A DNA stretch of 64,000 bases. It comes from Eledone cirrhosa. Taxonomy: Eukaryota. The stretch covers positions 159,650,001 to 159,714,000 of the forward strand of contig OZ024740.1 in the NCBI GenBank assembly GCA_964016885.1. Reading direction: 5' to 3'. The stretch's first letter is position 1, and every line of letters begins with the position of its first letter. This document shows positions 1-13,069 of this stretch, in pieces. The translations under genes were made by a program, and so were the position numbers. The notes under the pieces are model-generated. The model saw nothing but the letters and a program-made list of their open reading frames with translations, was not told the origin of the DNA and did not search any database.

Positions 1-409
1 GTTTAACTCCAATAATATTGCAACACACACACAGATACTATCATACATAACTAATATATGCACACATCCTATACATACACCAACATACATACACACATAA
101 CTAATATATGCACACATCTTATAAGTACAGTGACATAAATGCATACATTCATACATCCACTCACACTAATATTACAATATAAACACAAAGATGCTATTAT
201 CAAGTCACACACAGACCCACTCATACATACACATGCATGCATAATCATATACATCACATACATCCACATTCAAATGGTACACACAAAAGCATTATGATGA
301 TGGTGATGGAACTTCTGTTGGTTTCAATGATGAGTATTCATTTATTTGATCAATTCAACTATTAGCTATTCAAATTAATGTGTAAATGGCAAAAACAAAA
401 TGCAGGTAA

Positions 410-1010
410 AAATGTTCAAGTATCTTGGGGCCGTGTTCACGACTGATGGAAAGCAGGGAGCTGAATTAAGTGAAAAATTGCTGGTGTAGTAATGAGCCAG
501 CTTTAGCATTCAGTAATCAGAAGAAAGAAGGTAAACATAAAGGCCAGAATTGCTATCTTCAATTTCGTATTCATGCCAACCTTTATACCTATAGTCATGA
601 ATCTTTGTAATGACCGAAAGAATGCAATTGTGAATACAAGCGGCCGAAATGGGGTTCCTCTGAAGGGTCTTTGGAGTAACATTACTCAATAGTGTGCATA
701 CCTTGGAGATCAGAGAGTCACTCCAGATAGAGCCGTTACTTCTCCAAATTGAGAGATCACAGCTCCAATACTATGGACATGTGGTTAGAATGTCTCAGGA
801 AATAATCACTGGACAGATATTACAAGCAAAACCAGCCAGCAGGAGACCCAGGGGTAGATCCTGAGCATGATGGTTGGATAACATCCGTGAGCTTGGCTGG
901 TCATGCTTGGGGATCCAGTCAGATGAGTTGGAGATGGTTGATTCTGACAGGACCCACTGGAAGGAGTGTTTGAGGACTTTGCTCCCATAATCCTCTCAGG
1001 AATAAATGAG
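410..1010 (+). mobile_element. Degenerate 3' part of an RTE-clade (Expander/RTE-1-like) LINE
   Basis: Manual translation across frameshifts gives FKYLGAVFTTDG, IQAAEMGFL, EPLLLQIERSQLQYYGHVVRM and RRPRGR, the typical RTE C-terminus; several stops. Confidence 0.8.
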
Positions 1011-1343
1011 CAAAGAAGTATAAATGGCTGAATGTTCCACAAATATGTGTACTTTAATGTAATTCTCAGGTAGAATTAACATGACGCTATATGTGACAAG
1101 GCTGAACCTTTGATTTACAGGTAGAGTTCATCTCATAGGGTTTCTTTTAGGTTAAATCTATCCCAATTTCAATACATGGCTTATGTCAATGTGAGGCTAT
1201 GGTAAAAACTTTACCCCAAGTTACCACACAGTTAGATTGAACCTGAGACCTCATGATTGCAAATACAAAGTTTTTAACCACTCAACCATGCTTGTGTCCA
1301 TTCAATAAAAATATCTAATTGCACAAAATCACTCACACACATA

Positions 1344-2355
1344 TATAACAAAATACTGGATTGTATGAATATAACAAAGCACTAGGTTGTGTATATAACG
1401 TTTAATTAACAATTTGCAGTTATGTAGAACAGTATAGTTGACATGTCAATGAAAGTAGATGAAAGAATGAAGTAAAGTTATTTGTTACCGTTTTGAAGTT
1501 AGCTCGCAAGAGGCCATGTTAGGGTTGCCAGACGAACGTGCCTGGACGATATATGCATGCAAAAATCAATGATAGATATCAAGGTAGCCAACCGCTCTTG
1601 GCCAGAGAACTATCTATCCATCACTCAAAGATACAATGTAATCAAAGTAAAAGAAGAGGTCAAAGTTCAAATGTTCAAAATACAGTTCACACGTGTGCAA
1701 TCACATGACAGCAGGAAAGAAAGTGTGTTCTAGAGAATGAATGCAGGTAGTTTCTGGTCTGTGGTATAACGTGAAATTTCCAACCTCTGAAGGGATTTTC
1801 TCACAGGAACAGTGCTGCAAAAATAAATTCTCTGGCTTGTTCTGCTGGTTTTGGTTGTTGATGAAGCTGTCTTGCTGTTGATGTTGTTGTCTCGCGGAGT
1901 GAGCGTATTCGATGCTGTTTAAATTCACATCGGGGTCACCACTTATAACAAAATACTGGATTGTATGAATATAACAAAGCACTAGGTTGTGTATATAATG
2001 TTTAATTAACAATTTGCAGTTATGTAGAACAGTATAGTTGAAATGTCAATGAAAGTAGATGAAAGAATGAAGTAAAGTTATTTGTTACCGTTTTGAAGTT
2101 AGCTCGCAAGAGGCCATGTTAGGGTTGCCAGATGAACGCGCCTGGCCAAAGGCCCAGACAGGTTAGAAGGCCAGGAGCCGAAAGGCAAATGAGAGAGAGA
2201 GAGCTGAAAGTTATTCCCTTTATAGGTCCTGGGGTGGAAGTGACAAAAAGGGCTCTGCCACCCCAACAGGAAGCAACTCCAGCTACTTCCTGTCTAGAGA
2301 GCGTTACTCTATTGGTGATGTTATCGTCACAACAAGGGAAGCAACTCTTGCTACA
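1344..2355 (-). mobile_element. Internally deleted LTR retrotransposon (gypsy-like): 5' LTR 1944-2355, tRNA-Trp PBS 1924-1941, partial 3' LTR 1344-1545
   Basis: ~200-bp direct repeat (1344-1545 and 1944-2145). Minus-strand LTR reads TGTAGCA...TGTTATA with an internal TATAAA, followed by TGGTGACCCCGATGTGA, complementary to the tRNA-Trp 3' end. 4-bp CATA flanks both ends (1340-1343, 2356-2359). Confidence 0.85.
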
Positions 2356-3399
2356 CATATATTAGCAAATACACTCAAATACCTTCATACACATTTACAT
2401 AGTCAAATATGAATGTTCACAAATACAACACACTCACAAATGTTCATATATACACACACATAAACACATACACATAGATGCTAAAAACCCTGCATACATA
2501 TTTATTTTTCATTGGTTTGATCTGAGCTGTGCCTATGATCTTCTCTGACACCATGAGGCATTGCAAAGAATGTGTGTCAGAGGGTAAAGTCACCCACAGA
2601 GTATAAGTATGAAGGTGTGCAAAATTTTCTCTTGACTATCACACGTGTTAATTAAGATAAAAATGTTTAAAATATTTTGCTTCTGGGCATTGAGTCTTGG
2701 TATTTATGTACTTCTTGAAGTGTTACACATTAATAGCTGTATAATAGATACATGGATGGAGGTAATAATCAGTGGGGTGACTCTCTAGTGATTGACTGGA
2801 TATACACTCTCACATATATAAATGTATAAACTCACACATAAACGTATACATGCACACACACACACACATACAAACAAAGACAGGCATGCACATACAAAAA
2901 TATATATGCACGGGCACACACAAACTTACACATAAATGCTCAATTATGCAAACAGATACTGACACACCATTGTAGTGCTAATATGTCAAGAACTAAATAA
3001 AAAGGCCAAACCAGATAAAATATGCTAATCTACTGCCACTGTGAAAGATGGAATTGACTCTTCTTCTTCTTCGACTTTTTCTTTTTTCTTCTTTTTCTTC
3101 TTTTCTTCTTTTTCTTTTTTCTTTTTTTCTTTTTTTTTCTTCTGTTTTTCTTTTTCTTCATTTTCTTTTTCTTCTGTTTCTTCTTTTTCTTCCTCTTCCT
3201 CCCCTGCTCTTCCTCCATGTCCATTAATATTCTTTAGTAAATATGGATATAAAAAAATTGCAGAATTAATTCATATTTAATTCTGAAGCAATCATTACAG
3301 TTTAATAATGTCAATGAAACAACTTTTCAGAAAAACACACTCATTATTAAATAGCAAAATAAATAAAATGATTAAATTGTTCTATATATCTAGTTGCAA

Positions 3400-3535
3400 T
3401 CATGGCTGTGTGGTTAAGGAGCTCACTTCACAACCATGTGGTTCTGGGTATCCTGAGCAAGTGTATTTTACTATAACCTTCGGTTGACCAGTGCCAGTGG
3501 AATTTGGTTGCCAGAAACTGCAAAAGCTTATTGTA
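3400..3535 (+). mobile_element. tRNA-derived SINE, degenerate (related pieces near 1150-1295, 33960-34115, 52493-52630)
   Basis: Box-A-like CATGGCTGTGTGGTTAAG head, central CCTGAGCAAGTG and a GAAACTG tail before (CA)n; repeated within the window. Confidence 0.6.
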
Positions 3536-3571
3536 CATTTACACACACACACACTCACTCACTCACTCACT

Positions 3572-4012
3572 CACCGTTTAATGTCTATCTTCCACGCTAG
3601 CATGGGTTTAGACGAGAATTGTCCCACTTGAGGCAAGATTGGTCATCTCGATCGTATGGGACTGTCTGTCAGATTTTCTATGGCTGGATGCCCTTCCTAA
3701 TACCAGACACGTTTACAGTGTGGACTGGGAACTTTTTACTGTGTTACCTACACGGCCACATTACATTGTGTACTGTGTTTTTTTGTTGTGACACCTACAC
3801 GACCTCATTTATTTAGGACTGGATGTTGTGGTACCAACATAACTTTACAGAGAAAGGGGTGGTGTTGATGGGGGGGGGGGAGTTGGGGTAGTGGGATGCG
3901 GGTGTATATTTGATTAAGAGGTGTCTACTGACTGTAGGTTTTGCTTTGTACTTAAGCAAGGCTGATTTTCTGTATTACTATATAGCGCCAAAGATCTCGG
4001 TCCAGAATTAGC
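3572..4012 (-). mobile_element. 3' UTR fragment of RTE subfamily C
   Basis: Colinear with 25808-26227 and 42840-43225. Confidence 0.85.
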
Positions 4013-4192
4013 TTTTAATGAACTCCTGTTTCTTTAAATCCATCAACCAATGATCTCCACCCATCCCAATCCCCACCCTCTCCTACCACCAGAAAAGATA
4101 TAAATACCATCACATTTACTTGGACAGTCAGCTTCCTGATGATTTCTCATGAATGAAACAGTTCTAGTCCTGTAGAAGCTTTTGTATATTAA

Positions 4193-4249
<57 letters not shown>

Positions 4250-4268
4250 AATATATATATATATAAAA

Positions 4269-4312
<44 letters not shown>

Positions 4313-4333
4313 ATGCATATATATATATATATC

Positions 4334-4769
4334 AATGTAATCTGAGTTTTTCGAATGTTAATAATAACATTCGATTCGTTTGCAATTATGCAAACAAGCC
4401 TCATTTTTAAAACCATGTCAATAGAATGAACCCTTCATTCTTGCTCTTTTGTTGTCATGTAAACAGAACTGCAGACACTGTTTGTGGGTATCACCCTTCA
4501 TCAGTACAGCACACTGTTCACCTGCCAACTGTCAGAGCTAGTGAAAAATATATGCTATTTTCTGAACAGTGAGCTGTGGTGAACAGTGAGCTGTACTGAT
4601 GAAGGGTGATACCCAGAAACATTAGTGTCAGCAGTTCTGTTTACATGCCAACACAAGAGCAAGAATGAAGGGTTCATTCTAATGACATGGCTTTAAAAAT
4701 GAGGCTTGTTTGCATAATTGCAAACGAATTGAATGTTGTTATTGATATTAAAATAACTCAGATTACATT
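4334..4769. repeat. Fold-back element with ~190-bp inverted arms (4334-4522 and 4578-4769), each containing a hammerhead motif
   Basis: Arms are reverse complements with scattered mismatches; flanked by (TA)n. Confidence 0.9.
4588..4637 (+). ncRNA. Minimal type I hammerhead ribozyme motif (inverted, core-mutated copy at 4466-4510)
   Basis: GAGCTGTA-CTGATGA-A GGGT GAT ACCC A-GAAAC-ATTAGT-GTC-AGCAGTTC. Core boxes intact; stems I-III pair apart from terminal mismatches. Confidence 0.7.
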
Positions 4770-4825
4770 TATTGTATTCAGCCATGTAGAGCAAATATTA
4801 AAAAAATATATATATAAAGATATAC

Positions 4826-4890
<65 letters not shown>

Positions 4891-5139
4891 AATATATATG
4901 TATATGTGTATATATATATATGTGTATATCTACATATATGTGTGTGTGTGTGTATATATATATATAAATGGAATAAATGAAACAAAATTTCATTTCTCAC
5001 TCTTAGTACGGCTGTTACTTAAATATATGTATACGTACATGTACGTATACATACTTATATATATATATATATATATTTATGTGTGTGTATATGGAAAAAT
5101 GAAATTTCATTTCTCACTCTTAGTACGGCTGATACTTAA

Positions 5140-5583
5140 ATATAAGTATGTATACGTACATACATATATGTATACAGATGTACAGTAGTATGTATATACA
5201 TACATACATGCACACATATATATATGTATGTATGGGTTTACCAAACATTTATTATAATGCTCGGTTTGTTTGTAAACAAACAGCCCGAATTATTAGCTTT
5301 CAAACGTTCAATCGACTGACAGGAAGGTATACGGTGCTGATGACAGCTAATAAGCTAGAAACTAGTTCATCGTTCCTTTGTCAGTGTTGAACAAAAGGGC
5401 AACGATGGTTGCCAAACACTGTACGGCTAATAATTTGGGCTGTTTGTTTACAAACAAACCGAGCATTATAATAAATGTTCGGTAAATCCATACGTACATA
5501 TATATATGTGTGCAGGTATGTATGTATATACATACTACTGTACATCTGTATACATATATGTATGTACGTATTCATACTTATAT
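5140..5583. repeat. Fold-back element with ~155-bp inverted arms (5140-5297 and 5426-5583)
   Basis: Arms are reverse complements; the + ORF at 5148 and the - ORF at 5381 give nearly the same peptide. Confidence 0.9.
5331..5373 (+). ncRNA. Minimal type I hammerhead ribozyme motif
   Basis: ACGGTG-CTGATGA-C AGCT AATA AGCT A-GAAAC-TA-GTT-CATCGT. Palindromic helix III (AACTAGTT); stem I extends via AAGG/CCTT, ACTGACA/TGTCAGT and TTCAA/TTGAA over 5307-5391. Confidence 0.85.
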
Positions 5584-6175
5584 GTGTATATGTATATCTT
5601 TATATATCTGTTTGTCTTTATGTGCTATAACCTTGTGATTCGATAAAAACAGATGAAAAAAATAAGTACCAAACTTTAAAAAGAGTCCTGGAGTCAATAT
5701 GATCTGGTTTCAGCCATTAGAATGTGGCCTGATGGGGCATCACCTTGATTTAGTCGATCATATCAACAACGCTATTTACTTTTTCAAGTCTTTTATTTTA
5801 TTGATCTCTTTTTTGTTGAACTGCTGATGTTACGGGACATTAACACAGGTAGAGCAAAAATTGGAAACTTGAAGCTATAATAAAAGATACTCTTTTCTAA
5901 TGAGCTGCACAATGGTACTAAACCCAGAATCATGTGGTTGTGAAGTTGACGACTTAACCACACAGCCATGCCTGAACCTACATAAATGAATAAATGGAAA
6001 TAAATAGTTTAAATAAATTAAAACATATTAAAAAATACATGAGATAAGTAAAATAAATTATTTGATTTATTTGCCACAAGGGAACCAGATGAATGGGATG
6101 TTACAAAGACAGGTAAGCAGACTGGTTATAAAGACCGGAGGATATATATCAAATAAATAAAATATAGAAATGAAA

Positions 6176-6400
6176 TTAACCCATTAGCATTTAAAACAGC
6201 CATATCTGGTTAGAATTCTCTCACCTCTTTCTGTTCAAACTGACTGTAACTGACCACTCATACAACGTTAAGGTATTGTTCTCAAAATAAATATTAAAAT
6301 CTCATAGATTTTATATTATGTGAGATATTTATGTGAGCTAAAGCCTTTACCATGAAAATACAATAGTATACATAGAGTAATGCAAATGCTAAAGGGTTAA
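6176..6400. mobile_element. piggyBac-type MITE
   Basis: TTAA-CCCATTAGCATTT...AAATGCTAAAGGG-TTAA; the same family recurs several times. Confidence 0.8.
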
Positions 6401-6684
6401 ATAAAGTATGTAAATATAAATATGAATAAATAAAATCATTAGATAGATAAATAAAAAAATAAAATAAACAAATAAAATTATTTGATCAATAAATATATGA
6501 AATAAATATATAACAATTTTTTTTTAAATAGCATATAATAGATACAATTATTTGATAGATAAATAGATATATATAATAAATAAATAAAATAAAATATATT
6601 GAAATAAATTAAAATGATAAATAAATATACAAAAAATCTATAAAATGAATATATGAAATTCACATCATTATTATTGTTGAACAG

Positions 6685-6869
6685 GGCGGTGGATTGGCAG
6701 TATCGGTAGAGGGTCGGACGCCATGCTTTCCAGCATAGTTACGTCCCTTTATGGTCTGAGTTCAAATCCCGCCGAGGTTGACTTTGCCTTTCATCCTTAC
6801 GGGGTCGATAAAATAAAGTACCAGTAATGTACTGGGTTATTGCTGGCCTTGTGCCTAAAGTAGAAACAT
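6685..6869 (+). mobile_element. tRNA-derived SINE with Nin-like domain and 17-bp TSD
   Basis: Box B GAGTTCAAATC; GACTTTGCCTTTCATCCTTACGGGGTCGATAAAATAAAGTACCAG; TSD TTATTATTGTTGAACAG at 6668-6684 and 6870-6886. Confidence 0.85.
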
Positions 6870-6939
6870 TTATTATTGTTGAACAGCCATTTCCCCTGCT
6901 AGTAAGTGATAACCAAATTATCACAAAACAAATCAATAT

Positions 6940-7151
6940 TTAACCCTTTTGCATTTAAACCAGCCATATCTGGCCAGAAGTCTCTCCTCTCTTTCTGTCC
7001 AAACCAGCAGTAACTGGCCACTCATACTTATGTTAAGGTATTGTTCTAATAATAAATAACATCAAAATCATAGCTTTGATGTTATGTGAGATGATTTAAG
7101 GAGCTCACTTCACATAACATAGTATATGTAATGTAAATGCTAAAGGTTTAA
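6940..7151. mobile_element. piggyBac-type MITE
   Basis: TTAACCCTTTTGCATTT...AAATGCTAAAGGTTTAA; homologous to 6176-6400. Confidence 0.8.
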
Positions 7152-7494
7152 TAGGATCACCTGTCATTTCAGATGGGACAGAGAGTCACATTTCCCTTAT
7201 ATACATTATGCATGTTCTCTCTCTTCAGAGAATTTTTGTGGTACCAGCAATAGGGAGGTTGCCATGTCTTTGACATAGTTGAACAATCCTCTTAAATTTT
7301 TGTTTCACATAGTTTCTACAATGGGATGCCCATCCTATCCCAATTCATCTTACAAGGTGTATTATGTGCTTTTTTCATGGCTCCAGCACTAGAAAGGATG
7401 CCATATACTGATTGAAGGATCCTCTTAACACATTTTGGCATCGTTTCTAAAGCTGGAAGGCCATATTAATAGATCGATAAACAAAACGATATGT

Positions 7495-7810
7495 CATCAT
7501 CATCAACACCGTTTTATGTCTATTTTTCATGCTTACATGGGTTTAATAAGCATCTTGCCCATATGATGTTTATTTTTATTTTTTGCTTGGTTTTCTACTG
7601 TTGGATGTTTATCCTAACACCAAGTACTTTACAGTGTGTGCTGGGAGTGTTTCTGTGACTCAGCACTACCACCATACAGAGTGAACTAGGTGCCTTTTGT
7701 TTTGATATAAGTATGACCATCTTACAGTGTGAACAGGGTACTTTTTGTCATATTAATAGCATTACCATGCTGCATAGTGGGTGCTTTTTGTCATGGCATC
7801 AGCACCAGGA
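7495..7810 (-). mobile_element. Old RTE 3' UTR fragment with ~45-48-bp tandem units
   Basis: (TCA)n tail, CCGTTTTATGTC terminus and repeated TACAGTGTG..GGTGCTTTTTG units, as in 54050-54155. Confidence 0.6.
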
Positions 7811-7888
7811 GAGATCAAGTATGATTTCATTTGGGTGTCCTTGAAAAGTATGAGTTATGCTTGACAGTATATCATAAATGTATAAGAT

Positions 7889-8821
7889 ACTAGCAGCAGT
7901 ACCCAGCATTGCCTGGGTAGGTAAAATAATATCTGCTTTGATGAAAAGGTGTTGATCTTAGCGACTGCGAGTTTCTTGAAAATCGGTCGTAAGGTGTAGC
8001 AAATGGCGAAATGTTGAGTGAAATCGTATGGAATATGTGGGAGGTGGAAAAAATCGTATTTTGAAGAGTTAAACAGCTGCCACACCGTCCCTGAACAAAA
8101 AATGCAAAGTGTAAAGCTACTATAAGATGTGCAATGATAGGTTCTATCGTAGTATAAAAGTTGAACCAACTAAATTGATTTATGTGTGAGGTGGAGCCGA
8201 AGTTTCGAATTTGAACGAAATCGGTTGAAAAATGTGGGAGCTAGAGCCGAAAAGGCGGACATTTGAGCGAAAAGGTGGTATTTTCGAATATTTAAGCGGC
8301 TGACACGTCGTTCCTGAACAAAATATCCAAAATGTAAAGCCACGTTAAGACATGAAATAATCAGATCTAGCGTAGTGTAAAATTTGAACAAAATAGGTTG
8401 TTTAATGTGGGAGCTAGAGCCGAAAAAGTGGAGATTTGAGTCTAAAAGTGGTATTTTTTAATATTTAAGCGGCTGCCACCCCGTTCCTGAACAAAAAATG
8501 CAAAATATAAAGGCATTACAGGATGTGCAATGATAAATTCTATTTTGCTTTAAAATTTGAACGAAATCGGTGGCAAAATGTGGGAGCTAGAGCCAAAAAT
8601 CTTATTTTTTGATACCTAAAAAAAGGTGACCCCGCTATCGATTTTTATCTGCAGAATGATCCCGGAATAAATAAAAAAACGATACGCTGATATATTGAAA
8701 ACACTAACCGATGACTAATCTATGAGCCTGTAAAGTTTCATGAAAATCGGTTGTAAGATGTAGGCCCCTATAGGTAATACACAGACACACACATACATAC
8801 TTAATGTTATATATATACAGA
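7889..8821 (-). mobile_element. Non-autonomous Helitron with internal ~170-bp tandem repeats
   Basis: Minus strand starts TC and ends CTAG, with subterminal hairpin TACCCAG-CATTGC-CTGGGTA (7900-7919); AATGTGGGAGCTAGAGCC repeats near 8231, 8405 and 8577. Confidence 0.75.
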
Positions 8822-11800
8822 TATAAAATGAATGAATATAAAATATGAAATTAAAACGAATAAAACAAATAACTGACTCAAAAGAAAATAAATTAGGACA
8901 AACTCTATAAAACAAACTCCACATTTAAATCATTTCTTGGTTTCTATGCTTCATTTGTTTGGTTTTTAAATGGGTGTGGGTTCTCTCCCTCAACTCCTCT
9001 CTCTCACACTCATACTTCATATTTACCTCCATTTTTCTCATCTATCTATTGTTTTTTTTACTCGCTTTGTTTGTTTTTTGTTTTTTGTTAGTTCTTTTTG
9101 TCTTTCTTTTCTTCCTTTCTTCTTTCTTTCTTTGTCTGTTTTACTCCTAAAATTTTCTTTCTCTTTTCCCTCATAACTCTTTTCTCATCTTTCCTTAATT
9201 TTTTAAATATTTCTTTCTTCCTTTCTTTTCTTCTTTCTTTCTTTTTGTCTTTCTTTAATGCCTATTTCTTTTCTTTAACCTTTTCTTTTACTTTTTATTC
9301 AAATTTACCTCATCATTCCTTCAGTGTCTTCACAAGACAACAATGATTGAGAACAGAAACAACCAACAATGAAAAGCAACACAAAATACAATTATTTCAG
9401 TTCATTTAAACATTGTATTCTTTAAAAGAGGTGGCAGGGAGTGGGCTGGTGGTGGAGATATAGAATTGATTGAGCTTCAAAACTAATTGCCTTACAGTAT
9501 TTAATTAGAAAAACTCTTTTACATTTCATTTTAATATTCTGTTTATTGAAGGGGTGGAAATGGGAATGGAGACAAAAATAGTACCAGTTTTTTTACTGTT
9601 TTGTCAGGGAGGGAAAATAATGCGCATAACCCTTTTCAAGGCCTCCAAGCGTGGTAAGTGGGAGGGAGTAAAGTATCCTCAAACCATAGACCTAAAAATT
9701 TTGGTTTTTATAGTTTTATCAAGGAATGGAAAACTGTACCAATGACTCTTTTCATAGCCTCTGAAACTAGTTAGATGGAAAGAGAAGGAATCTTCAAATT
9801 GAAGATCTGATTTGAATATTTGCAACAGAGTGGACTCCACTAAAGTCATGTTATGGATTAAGTCTGCCATCCAAGTAGTCCACAAAGGGATTTTAATTTA
9901 ACTTACAAAAATCTGGGACAAATACCACAAAGCATCTCATTTCATGCCTTAACAGTTCCACCAATCAACCACATTGAACTGGTATGTTATTTGTTTGAGT
10001 ACAAAGAATTAAAGGCAAAGTTAACCTCAATAGAATTTGAACTCAGAATTCAAAAAGCCAGAACACATACAGTAACTCATTTTGTCCTTCACTCTCATGA
10101 CTGCCATTTCCCCATCTCTTATCGATATCCCCATGTGATGATAATAAAAACTATGTACCACAGAGTGGGATCAAATTCAAAACTATATGGTAGCTAAGCA
10201 AACTTTTTAACCTTTTCATGACTGTATATTTTATGAAATATGATATTTCACTTAATTAATTAAGAAATTGTTGGATTTACTAACTAAATAGGTATAATTT
10301 AAAATGAATGGTTTTGTTTCATAGAACCAGAACTGGTTTTGAACAAGTTGGTATCCACAGAGGTAACAAGCCAGTAAACCTTTTTAACATATTTACACCT
10401 GCACTTTAAATCAAAAACACAAATACATTGAAAGGATCAATCTAATTTCAGTTTAATATTCTTTTCCTCTATGTTAGTGACAAGGAAAACCTTACTCTTC
10501 AGGCAAGATTTCAAATTGCTTGCTGCCACAATCACTAAAAAACCTTAAAAAAAAAATTATATAAAAGGTGCATATTCATGAATATTTAAAATTTAATATT
10601 CATTATTTTGCCTTAACGCAGATGTGATTTAATAGAAATTTTACTCAGACTGATGATAAAAATCCCTATTGCTAATAAGACTGGATTTTCAAATATTATA
10701 AAAAAAAAAAGATAACACCAATAGCTGGTAAAACCACAATATTTAAGATTTCATATGTATACTTCAGGAGAAAATAAAAAAAACATTTTGAAGGCATTTA
10801 TTTAAAGATTTTAAAATGATATATTTTTGGCAAACATTTTATTTACATTTCTTTTTAAATTTATAAATGAAATACAATAAAAAATATTGAAAGTGTAAAT
10901 TGATAGTAAATGCACATGGCTATATAGTTTGAGTATTAGACAGAAGATCATAAAGTCATGGCTTTGATTTCTAATCCAAGTGTTTCATTTCACATTGTTT
11001 TTCATGATATCAAAACTTCGTATGAGATGCAACCTTATAGCATGCCAACTGAACCTGCATAGGTGTAAGCTATAACTTTGTTTTCATTTATTAAAGTAAT
11101 ATTTAAAAAATGTAAACGTTTTTTAAAGATGTGTTTTTTTTTTGTTTTTTTTAGTAAATAATATTTGACAAAGAAACAGCTTTTAAAACTATAAATATCT
11201 TTTAAGATAATTATGTTTGTCAAATAAGTACCTCTTTAAATTTTTTTAAGATAGAAATTTACTCTACATACTTATTCACTTAAAAAAAGGTTCCTAAAGT
11301 ATATTTGAAATATTTTCTCAAAGTTACACCTTTGGAGTTTCTTGTCACTTATTTACATTTTTAATATATAAATTGTGATTGTCAGATAAATACACCTTTT
11401 GAAATTATAAAGAAATATTTGATAAGAATGTGTTTTTATTATATTTGGTTTCCTGAATTTGGGGTTTCATAAGCTGTTGGTAATCTCATTCTAAAGCATT
11501 TAAAAAATGTTTCTTATGTGTATGAGGCATTCTGTCATTCAGTATTGTGATTGACATCCTGTAATATGTTCTTATGCATTTGCTATTCACCTCTGGTACA
11601 AAAAAGTTTTCCAATCCCTGCACTAGATGAAAGTAAACGTAAATAGACTTTAAATTTGAAATAAAACCAGTTATCTCTATCTATTTCCTTATCTATCATT
11701 GTCTCTTTCACTTCCATCAATTAACTTCCCAACTATATATTACCTCTTCTACATACTAACAAACCTCACTTCATTGCAAGCAGTGATTAGTCAATCACGC

Positions 11801-12660
11801 CCTATACTCTTACACTCTCATTAATGACTTGCCATAAATGATAGCTATACTTATTGCCAGTCTTACATCTTACATTCTTTTATATATGAACATGCATTTA
11901 TGAATTATTTATTTATTTATTCATATGCATGTATGTCTTGTACAAATTTCCATGAATACATGTATAATTTCTCTATATAAACAAATATCTTCATGCCCCA
12001 TCTTCAGTTTTGAGCCATTACTCTGATGATGTGCATACGGTAATTGCATATTGCACTATAGTTTATTACATAACAATATAGATCTTGTAGGACATTACAT
12101 ACCTAGATTAAAACATGTGTTGGTAAATCTCCCGCGTCAATAAATTCTTCAATTTTCAGCAAGTCTTGCCTAAATTCTCCTGATTTGTTGTCTTATATAT
12201 ATATATACAGATACGTACATAGGTAAAAATTAAACTGAAATAACAAAGCAAATGATATAGTACAATGAAAAAATATATTAGTTTAACACTTGAAGTACTA
12301 GGAAAAGAGTTTTGACATTTCAGAGACTAGTCCTTCAAATATGTATAGTAATTACACAGAATTAAAATTCTATAGCAAATTTTCCAGTCTGGGCTTCTGT
12401 TATTGTTTAATTAATATATATATTTGTATATACATAAACTCATCCCATCTGTGAATCTATCAATCTACCTATCTACTTGCTTCACCTCATAATTATTTCT
12501 CTGTACCCTTAACACTATATATATCTATATCTTAACACTATCTTAATTATGAATATTGATTTCTTAGACTGGAAAAAATCACAAATTTGCATGCGAGTTG
12601 GTTACAGTTCAATTCCCACTGGGTGTTGCCTTTCATCCTTCTAGGGGTTATAAAGATAAT

Positions 12661-12794
12661 TTTTTCTACATTTGGCACAAGGCCAGCAATTATCTCAGTG
12701 CATTACTGGTACTTTATTTTATCGACCACATAAGGATGAAAAACAAAGTTAACCTCGGCAGGATTTGAACTCAGACCTCCACCGATACTGCCAA
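12661..12794 (-). mobile_element. Nin-domain SINE copy
   Basis: Reverse complement of the 6685-6869 family. Confidence 0.75.
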
Positions 12795-13069
12795 TAAAAA
12801 TAATATATTAACCTAATACTTGAATTAATTTAATAGACTATACCGAACCACCTCTCCATTACTTGTAGTTTTTATTGAAATGTTAGAAATCAATATTTTG
12901 TCTCTTGAGCCTCACCCCAATACTTTTATCCATAATCTGAGCTATCTTATGCTATTCTATTATCATCCCCAACTACTGAATTGCTTCTGGAACCAAGTAT
13001 TCACATCAACATCATCATTTTTATGTCTTTTTTTCCATGCTTTAAAGAATGCAATATATATATATACAT

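Noticed and set aside
3030-3280. Poly-Lys/Arg and poly-Phe/Ser ORFs
   Set aside because: Degenerate (TTC)n low-complexity tract.
12018-12090. CTGATGA followed by a GTGCA/TGCAC hairpin as a hammerhead
   Set aside because: No GAAA box or stem I could be placed.
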